This document shows positions 12,948-20,403 of a stretch of DNA of 35,515 nt, in pieces (within the stretch, counting starts at the first letter, position 1; each line of letters opens with the position of its first letter). The stretch lies in contig JAUCBJ010006320.1 of assembly GCA_032718475.1 (NCBI GenBank), forward strand, positions 1-35,515, read 5' to 3'. The stretch is from Nemertoderma westbladi. Taxonomy: Eukaryota; Animalia; Xenacoelomorpha. The position numbers and the translations under genes were made by a program. A model generated the notes under the pieces. It saw only the letters and a program-made list of their open reading frames with translations, was not told the DNA's origin and made no database searches.

Positions 12948-13467
12948 TGTGACGGGATCTACGGATCCCGGTTTATCCGTTTGGGTTTTCTATCCACGCG
13001 TCCCCGCCGTGTGTGAAAGGTAAAAGAGTTCTGATGTTGGGTAATATGTATAAAGGTATAATAGTCTGACAGTTGATATAATATAGTATGACACAATAGG
13101 TAATATATAATGGCGGTAGCGGACGGTGACAGAAGTCCCCGTTCCACCCTACTGATCTGACTGAGTAAACTGAATGATATGATTACAGGTTACTGGTTAT
13201 ATTGCACGGTGGCCTTATTGCTACTCAATCGATGCCTTTCCCCCCTCTGATTGGTTGATACCCCTGTTGGCACCCTTTGGAGTGTTTCCCTTCACTCCCT
13301 GTGTTCTCTCTCGGTTAGGGGTTTGGCCCCTGACCCCTATTGTGTGTGCCTCCTTCCCACTCTTATTGGGATGGCACGAGTTGGTTAATTGCCCAATCTC
13401 GTGGCTCCCAATATTGCTTATCGGCTAATAACTTTATGGGGTGTTGGCGGGATTGAATAAGCTAACA
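12948..13467 (-). repeat. 3' LTR (520 bp)
   Basis: Identical by eye to 19818-20337 (offset 6870); directly preceded on the minus strand by the polypurine tract. Confidence 0.97.
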
Positions 13468-13476
13468 CTCCCCCCC
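13468..13476 (-). other. Polypurine tract (plus-strand primer)
   Basis: GGGGGGGAG on the minus strand abutting the 3' LTR; this fixes the element orientation. Confidence 0.9.
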
Positions 13477-14068
13477 ATGCTATCTTCCCGGTAAGAAGAT
13501 AGCATCAACCAAAAAGTGCGTTACAATCCCGCTGGATCCCGATCTAGTATCGGGTGTGGGGTGGAGTTATTTTCTTTTCGGAGCCGGCTTTCCGGGCCGC
13601 TCCCTATGGGTATGATGTCACTACCCTCTGGCGTCTCGTGTCGGGCCGATCGTGCGCTTCTCTCACACAATTTTTGTTTCCCCAACACTCTCGCCACTCT
13701 AACTTCGCTCTCTAACTCAACTCGCTCTCTCCCCACTCTTACACTCTCCCCACACCTGAATCGCACTCTAACTTCTCGCCAACAGCTCTTCTCACTATCT
13801 CCTCTCTACTCTCTGCCACTCCCTAAGGCCCTAATCTCTAATGCTACCCCTGTGCTATCATACTATCTACCTTATCTAAGGTCTAACTTGCTAACTATCT
13901 AACTTCTCTAACTACTAACTCTGCTCTCTGCTAACTCTTACTACTTCTAGCTCTAACTAAAAGCCTCTAACTTTCTACTAACTCTAACTAGAACTCTCTA
14001 ACTTTCTGCTAAGTCTACTAACTCTTTTCTAACTCTGACTAAAATCCTCCAACTAACTCTATCTCTAT

Positions 14069-14574
14069 CTACGTGGCGCTAACGGTGCCCACAACCACAA
14101 CCGGTACTACGTACCCTCTTACTAACTCTATCTCCATCTACGTGGCGCTAACGGTGCCCACAACCACAACCGGTACTACGTACCCTCTTACTAACTCTAC
14201 CTCCATCTACGTGGCGCTAACGGTGCCCACAACCTCAACCGGTACTACGTACCCTCTTACTAACTCTACCTCCATCTACGTGGCGCTAACGGTGCCCACA
14301 ACCACTCTACTACTGCTTCTACTCTGCTACTATCTTTCTAACTCTACTAGCTGGCACCCTATGTGCCCGTCTCTACCACTCTACTCTATCTACATCTCCA
14401 CCTCCACTAATACCTCTATCTACGTGGCGCTTGCGGTGCCCACAACCACTCCCTGCTACTACTTTCTACGTGGCGCTTCCGGTGCCCACAACCCTCTCTT
14501 ACTACTTTCTACGTGGCGCTTCCGGTGCCCACAACCTCTCTCTTACTACTACTCGTGGCATGACAATATGCCAC
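14069..14574. repeat. Hairpin repeat array inside the LTR element (69-bp tandem units, then variable spacing)
   Basis: Core GTGGCGC-NNNN-GGTGCCCACAACC at 14073, 14142, 14211, 14280, 14424, 14470 and 14513; related hairpins at 14353 and 14555. Confidence 0.9.
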
Positions 14575-14753
14575 ACTCCCTTACCCCGCCGCCTTCTAAC
14601 TTACTTACTTCTACTAACTTATCTCCTGACTACTATTTACTATCTCTTCTAACTATTATTTAATTAATTTTATTATTTATTAAATAATTATTTATATGTG
14701 GGAAGGGCGTCTCGCCCTCATTCCCACCCCCCTCAGTCCAAAATCTTGGACGA

Positions 14754-15119
14754 CTAAACTTTCAGGTGCCCCTTCTTCCAGTAGGCACTCTCCCACTGCC
14801 CTCCTATACGTCCTCTTACTCTTCGCCACGCTCTCCCCGCCAACTCCAACTGACCAGGAATTGGCTCTCCCTCTTTCACCACCCTAAGGTTGGGTCTCTC
14901 CACCGTCTTCTTAACTAGCTCATCTCCTGGCATCAAAATGCCACCTCCCTCCTTGTTGTCTCCCGCCGGCAGAATGAATAGAAAGTGAAAGAACAGGCAG
15001 AACAGAAGGTAGAATAATAGTCCTATCCCTTTCCATCCTGCCTTCCTTCTCGACTTCCCCCTTGTCGGTATGCCTCCAAACTGGACCTGCGTCTCTTCCG
15101 GACACTCCTCTGGACACTC
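14754..15119 (-). other. In-frame 121-codon continuation of Gag-protease beyond the TAG, with a hydrophobic segment
   Basis: Manual translation after the TAG (15120-15122): ECPEECPEETQVQFGGIPTRGKSRRKAGWKG-IGLLFYLLFCLFFHFLFILP-AGDNKEGGGILMPGDELVKK...KKGHLKV*. It is in frame with track ORF 14754..14936. Confidence 0.5.
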
Positions 15120-18100
15120 CTATAGACACTCCTTCCGACACTCCTCCGGGCACTCCCCCGGAGTGTTGTCCTCCGGACACCTCGCTGTCCGCTCCGCTCC
15201 ATCTCCATACCGATGCTTGTTGGGAAACCTACTCTCCTCTGCCCACTTTCTTACTGTCACCTCCCTATCTGGCTCTACTATCTCCTGCTGTTTCTCCTCT
15301 TGGTCCTCTGCGCCTGCGGTGCCTGGTAACATGCACCCTGATGTCTCTGTCACACTGCATGGGATCTTAGTTTTAACTGGGCCGCTAAGCATCCACCCGA
15401 ACGGCGTGAGGATCGCCGTCGGATCCCGCTGCCTGTCTTCGCCGAAGACCGTCTTCGTTCTCTCGTGGGCCGTCGGGCAGTCCATCCCTACTATAATGGA
15501 CACCTTCCTAACGTCCACCTTTGGTATTGAGAAATCGATACCGTCCAGGAATCTATATTGTTCGACCTCAATGTTGGTTGGTCGCCTGGCGTTGATGTTT
15601 ATCGATTCTATGACGTGGATGGGGTCGATCGTCGCCCCATAGTCGTATCCCGGTGCAATCGCTGCTATCCTGCACCGCCCCGCCCTCGTCTCCAGGACCT
15701 CATCTTTACTCGAGACGGTAGTCACCGCCATTCTATTCGGCCTTGTCTTTAGCCCTATCTCTTCGGCCACCCAGTTCTCCACCAGCGTGAAGGCTGCTCC
15801 GCTGTCGACCAGCATTAATGTTGTTACTGATCGACCGCCCTCTCCTGATATCTTTACTGGTACTACCCCGAGTAGTACTTTTCTCTTCTTCTCCTCTTCT
15901 GTCGTGCTTGTGGCCATTGCCTGGCCTCCAGTCTCGGACTCTCTAACTGCTGTCTCTCTACACTCTCCGGATCTGTGTCCTTCTACCACACATCGATGAC
16001 ATAGTCCGTTCGCGTCTGTGTAGGCTATACGATCTTGTTTGGGCAACGCTTGCCAGTGCTTACAACTCCTGGTCTTATGTGTTCCATCCCGATGTAATTG
16101 ACATTCGAATCCTGGATCATAGCGTTCCCTGTACAGTCCCTCACGTATCGCGCCTAGGTTTATATGTACCGATTTAGTGTTTTGGTTGTCTGTATTCGGC
16201 CTACTGGGTACATTGGGATTATGTTTATTTATGGTGTTATTTTCTTTCTGTCCCCGCCACGGTGTGGCCCTGCTACCAGCTAACTGTGGACTAGCAGTCC
16301 CCTGTGTGGCCGCATGTGGTAGTGATTGTCCTACTCTCGGGAGTGGATCTGCAGGATCGTGTTCGGGTTTATGGCTTGTCCCCAAACTATCCTCGCTATA
16401 GACTGGGTCTGTTATTAATTCGGCTTCATAGTTGAGGAAGCTCGACATCTCTTCTAAGCCCGGTTTCGCACCCTTCTTCTCCCGTGTGGAGAAGGCTATT
16501 TTCCTCCACTTCCTTCGTAACCAGATCGGCAGTGCCTGCGCTATCGTGGTGATGTTGTTAGACGCGTTGAGTTCGTATGGTGCGTCTAGCGTCTTTAACA
16601 CGATTAACGCCTTCTCGACCTTGTTTGCAAAGGTCCTTATGCTAACGGGATTGTCCTGTAGGCCACCCGATGTTATGCCTCTCAGGGTTTGCCGGATGAT
16701 CTTGGCCGGGTGCCCGTATTCCCTATCTAGCGCCCGCCATGCTGCCGTGAAGCCACCCTCGATGCCCTGGTATTGCCTCACGGTGTCGTATGCTGGGCCT
16801 CCTGTATATACTTGCAGATATTTTAGGCACTCCGCCTGCGTCAAGTTCTTACTTAATATTTCGTTACTATACATGCGCCGAAACTGTAGATATTCTTCCG
16901 GCCTACTCCCATCGAATTTAAATGGTTCCACAGGTGGTAACTCGATCCTAGTTTTTAACGCATCGATCAATGTGGCCATTCCCATCGCTTGCGCTTCTAA
17001 TGGGTTCGATGGATGTTGTATAGTTTCTCTTGTTGGGTACGGTCCGTTCGTCCTATCTGTTGACTCTGCTTGTTGCGTCGGATATATCATTGGGGGTAAC
17101 GGCCCCCTCCATATTTTCGTGTCGCATGATCTGTTCTCGTCCAAGGGGTTCGATGTTCTCGCTCCTATTGGGGTATATTGTTGATATTGTGATGGGGGAA
17201 TGTCACCCTGTCCCCCTCCCACCGGTATGTTTGGTAATGGGGTTGATGTTAATATATTGGGGCCCATACATCTATCTGCAATAATTCCCCCCTCCCCTGG
17301 ATATATGTTGTGTCCCTGGAAATTATAGTCATGCTGCTGTACCGGTACCGATATAGGCCTATTCACTTCTTGCCTACCTACCGGTATGTACTCCGCGACT
17401 TCTGGGTTTAATCCCGTCGTCCGCGCTACCCTATCGCCTACTCTATCTCTCCCAGCATGGCCTATAATAGTATGTGCAGTAAGGCCTACAGTATGTCCTG
17501 CAGTCTGCATGTGCCCTTCCGAATCGAAGTTTATTCTTCTCGAATCTCGAATCTCCCCGCGACTACCGTACTCTCGATCGGCAGCTATATCACGTCGGGA
17601 AGTTTCTCTTCGATCCCCACTCCTGTTCTCTTCTTCGTATCGGTACATCCTGTACCCCTCTCTTGGTGTGCGGTGCGTTTCTCCGGGGCGACGGCAATCT
17701 CCCGAAGTTCGACCCCACTGACTCCCTACCTCCATCTCTACTATCGACGGCTCGCTATCCGTCCTCGCTCTCCGGTTGCTCCTAGCAACGACTCTTCTAT
17801 TAACTTCCTTTCTTCTCTCTTCGACCTCTCGGTTAAACTCTGCTAATCTTCTTCTATCTCCGACCTCTCTATTAAACTCTACTAATCTTCTCTCTTCTAA
17901 CTGGGCTCGACGTTCCGTCGCCCGCCCTCTCGCGACGTCAACCTGTCTCTCTCTGCTCGATCGCACGCCGCTGGGGATACTCGCAATCCCCCTATTACTC
18001 TCCGTCGCCGGGTGTTGCGGTTTACCTAATTCGGCCCGCGCATTATCCGCTGACGCCTGTGGGACACTCCCTGCCCCCCCTCTCTCGCTACTAATCTCTC

Positions 18101-18269
18101 GTGGTGGGGCGCCCGTAGTCCCCCCCCACCCGCTACTTCTAACTTCACTATCTCTTACTGCACTTCTACACCCCTCTTGTGGGGCATTCTCTGCCCCCCC
18201 TCTCTCGCCGCTAATCTCATGTGGTGGGGCGCCCGTAGCCCCCCCCCCACCCGCCACATCTAACTTCAA
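15120..18269 (-). CDS. gag: BEL/Pao Gag (capsid-like DUF1759-type region, Zn knuckles) plus aspartic protease; C-terminal part of a frameshifted polyprotein
   Basis: ELPPVEPFKFDGSRPEEYLQF; CLKYLQVYTGGPA; AWRALDREYGHP; LPIWLRRKW; knuckles CQLHRDGTHKTRSC and CHRCVVEGHRSGEC; protease TLMLVDSGAAFTLV...IIVGMD; BEL-typical PTAILTPFGWMLSGP. The track start is TTG and the first ATG is at codon 179. Confidence 0.9.
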   Translation of the reverse strand: MKLDVAGGGGATGAPPHEISGERGGAENAPQEGCRSAVRDSEVRSSGWGGTTGAPPREISSERGGAGSVPQASADNARAELGKPQHPATESNRGIASIPSGVRSSRERQVDVARGRATERRAQLEERRLVEFNREVGDRRRLAEFNREVEERRKEVNRRVVARSNRRARTDSEPSIVEMEVGSQWGRTSGDCRRPGETHRTPREGYRMYRYEEENRSGDRRETSRRDIAADREYGSRGEIRDSRRINFDSEGHMQTAGHTVGLTAHTIIGHAGRDRVGDRVARTTGLNPEVAEYIPVGRQEVNRPISVPVQQHDYNFQGHNIYPGEGGIIADRCMGPNILTSTPLPNIPVGGGQGDIPPSQYQQYTPIGARTSNPLDENRSCDTKIWRGPLPPMIYPTQQAESTDRTNGPYPTRETIQHPSNPLEAQAMGMATLIDALKTRIELPPVEPFKFDGSRPEEYLQFRRMYSNEILSKNLTQAECLKYLQVYTGGPAYDTVRQYQGIEGGFTAAWRALDREYGHPAKIIRQTLRGITSGGLQDNPVSIRTFANKVEKALIVLKTLDAPYELNASNNITTIAQALPIWLRRKWRKIAFSTREKKGAKPGLEEMSSFLNYEAELITDPVYSEDSLGTSHKPEHDPADPLPRVGQSLPHAATQGTASPQLAGSRATPWRGQKENNTINKHNPNVPSRPNTDNQNTKSVHINLGAIREGLYRERYDPGFECQLHRDGTHKTRSCKHWQALPKQDRIAYTDANGLCHRCVVEGHRSGECRETAVRESETGGQAMATSTTEEEKKRKVLLGVVPVKISGEGGRSVTTLMLVDSGAAFTLVENWVAEEIGLKTRPNRMAVTTVSSKDEVLETRAGRCRIAAIAPGYDYGATIDPIHVIESININARRPTNIEVEQYRFLDGIDFSIPKVDVRKVSIIVGMDCPTAHERTKTVFGEDRQRDPTAILTPFGWMLSGPVKTKIPCSVTETSGCMLPGTAGAEDQEEKQQEIVEPDREVTVRKWAEESRFPNKHRYGDGAERTARCPEDNTPGECPEECRKECL

Positions 18270-18331
18270 TATCTCTTACTTCGTCTCTACACCCCTCTCT
18301 AGTCGACACACTGTCTCTACTGCGGCCGGGT

Positions 18332-19738
18332 CTATTCACCCCCGCCTCTCTCTACTACTGCGTGGCCTACCAGGCCCACCTCGGGTTGGCTCAACCGCGC
18401 TACTTCCTGCCTACTAACTACGTGGCCTACCAGGCCGCCGTCTGCCGGGCTATACACGTCTGACGCGTTCACATTAATAGCACCATTCCCAATATTATTT
18501 GTTAAATCAATTAAATTATTAGAATTTGAAACGGGATTATTATTTAAATTATTTAAGTTAGAATTATTATTATTTTCAAAATTTAAATTGCTATTCGAAT
18601 TATTTGAATTATTTTGATTATTCTGAATATTTGAATTAATATTATTATTTGAATTTAAACTTAAATTACTACTACCGGGTAAAATATTTCCTGTAATAAA
18701 GGGATTAGGGTTATTTACTACGGTACTATTAATACCAGCACTGCTACTACCCCCCTCGCCCGTACGGCTACTATGCGTACTGTACGTGTACCGCACGCTC
18801 TGTTCTCTTGCCTCACGCTCACTCTCTCGCTCCTTCCTTCCCCTCAGTCGCCACTCTAATTCTTCAATTTTTAATTTATATGCAGCCAGATTTATCTCCT
18901 GCACCCTTCTTTCTTTTGCGGAGGATGTAGCAGACTTATCGGTTGCGACGGACTCCCGCCGCCCCTCCGTCCTACCAACTTTCCCCCGCTTTCCGGGGTC
19001 CTCGCTGACCGACGAGACCGAATCCTCGGAGCTAACCTCGGATTCGCCCTCGTGCGGTCCCGCCCAACCCACTAACTTAACTTCCCTGGCATCGACTAAG
19101 TATGGCCCTATGTACACTACACCAGGCCCCATACCCCTACGTTCCCATAGCCCAAACAGTTCGAAGGCAACCCCTCTCGCTCTCTCCTCGGCCAGTTCTC
19201 CCTGCCCAGAACGCACTAGGTAATCAAAGTATCTGTTCGACTCACCTAGTCGTCTCCTCAACTTCACCTGGTCTATCTCAGCCCCTCCTCTAGCTTCCTT
19301 CAGTTGTTCCCGGGTCGCGGCGTAGGCTCGTCGAAGTCGATCAGAAACCCCGACATCCTCGTCGCCGACCTCCCCTCCATCTCTCCGGGTCCGACGTCGT
19401 ACCGGCGGCCCCACCGTTGCCGTTCCGGTGGGCCGTCCGTCGCCCTCGGCCTGTGGCTGGCCGATGACATCGGTATGTCGACCCTCGCTCCGCGTCGACT
19501 CGTCTTTCTCTTCTCCTCCCTTCTCGTCTCCTTCCCTCGACTCGCTCTCCGGTTGTAGACGACCCCCCACATCTTGGTTCGCCGGGTTGCTCGTTGTCGA
19601 CGTGGCGTCAACCTGCGTCGACGTGGTCGGCGTAGCATCGATCGGCGTCGTGGGTTCGTATCGTCTCGCCGTGGCCTCGCGGATCGTTAGATCGTCGTCC
19701 GGGGTCCGCGGCGGTGTCGTTCCCCTCTCTCGACTCAT
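18332..19738 (-). CDS. N-terminal part of the BEL/Pao Gag polyprotein (disordered, coiled-coil, Asn-rich)
   Basis: First ATG at 19738, about 80 nt inside the 5' LTR boundary. EDSVSSVS...SSAKERRVQEINLAAYKLKIEELE resembles the Ser-rich/coiled-coil N-terminus of BEL Gags. It joins the downstream ORF if one G is removed from each of two G-runs. Confidence 0.7.
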   Translation of the reverse strand: MSRERGTTPPRTPDDDLTIREATARRYEPTTPIDATPTTSTQVDATSTTSNPANQDVGGRLQPESESREGDEKGGEEKDESTRSEGRHTDVIGQPQAEGDGRPTGTATVGPPVRRRTRRDGGEVGDEDVGVSDRLRRAYAATREQLKEARGGAEIDQVKLRRRLGESNRYFDYLVRSGQGELAEERARGVAFELFGLWERRGMGPGVVYIGPYLVDAREVKLVGWAGPHEGESEVSSEDSVSSVSEDPGKRGKVGRTEGRRESVATDKSATSSAKERRVQEINLAAYKLKIEELEWRLRGRKERESEREAREQSVRYTYSTHSSRTGEGGSSSAGINSTVVNNPNPFITGNILPGSSNLSLNSNNNINSNIQNNQNNSNNSNSNLNFENNNNSNLNNLNNNPVSNSNNLIDLTNNIGNGAINVNASDVYSPADGGLVGHVVSRQEVARLSQPEVGLVGHAVVERGGGE

Positions 19739-19817
19739 CGTCGTCTTTGGTGGCTGGCAGCCACGTTGATAACAATCTATCACTGTCAGGGCAGCTGGGC
19801 GGATCTGATTCTGTCAC

Positions 19818-20337
19818 TGTGACGGGATCTACGGATCCCGGTTTATCCGTTTGGGTTTTCTATCCACGCGTCCCCGCCGTGTGTGAAAGGTAAAAGAGTT
19901 CTGATGTTGGGTAATATGTATAAAGGTATAATAGTCTGACAGTTGATATAATATAGTATGACACAATAGGTAATATATAATGGCGGTAGCGGACGGTGAC
20001 AGAAGTCCCCGTTCCACCCTACTGATCTGACTGAGTAAACTGAATGATATGATTACAGGTTACTGGTTATATTGCACGGTGGCCTTATTGCTACTCAATC
20101 GATGCCTTTCCCCCCTCTGATTGGTTGATACCCCTGTTGGCACCCTTTGGAGTGTTTCCCTTCACTCCCTGTGTTCTCTCTCGGTTAGGGGTTTGGCCCC
20201 TGACCCCTATTGTGTGTGCCTCCTTCCCACTCTTATTGGGATGGCACGAGTTGGTTAATTGCCCAATCTCGTGGCTCCCAATATTGCTTATCGGCTAATA
20301 ACTTTATGGGGTGTTGGCGGGATTGAATAAGCTAACA
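19818..20337 (-). repeat. 5' LTR (520 bp)
   Basis: Identical by eye to 12948-13467; flanked by the TSD copy CATGC at 20338-20342. Confidence 0.97.
20038..20124 (-). promoter_or_regulatory. LTR Pol II promoter: CCAAT box, TATA-like box, initiator
   Basis: Minus strand: CCAAT at 20124-20120, TATAA at 20071-20067, Inr-like TCAGTT at 20043-20038 (A at 20041). Spacing is about -83 and -30. The same set lies 6870 bp to the left in the 3' LTR. Confidence 0.6.
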
Positions 20338-20403
20338 CATGCAAACCAAACTTGAAAGATATGTATATAAAAGTAGTAGTTTAATTTCATTTCTTATGCG
20401 GAC

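Larger units (their letters stand above)
12948..20337 (-). mobile_element. BEL/Pao-type LTR retrotransposon, non-autonomous (Gag-protease only), recent insertion
   Basis: Two 520-bp LTRs (12948-13467, 19818-20337), TGT...ACA, identical block by block; 5-bp TSD CATGC (12943-12947, 20338-20342); PPT at 13468-13476; BEL-type Gag and protease motifs; no RT/RNaseH/integrase motifs. Confidence 0.95.

Noticed and set aside
13521-13766. Possible integrase C-terminal remnant (EVRVARVL...KLC)
   Set aside because: The resemblance is a few residues in compositionally skewed DNA; not supportable without an HMM search.
14073-14663. 196-aa plus-strand ORF (env- or mucin-like)
   Set aside because: Antisense to the element, GTG start, and built from 69-bp repeats in G-poor sequence.
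15070-19769. Multiple plus-strand ORFs (e.g. 16432-17184, 17776-18417)
   Set aside because: Antisense shadows of the GC-rich gag frame with no recognisable motifs.
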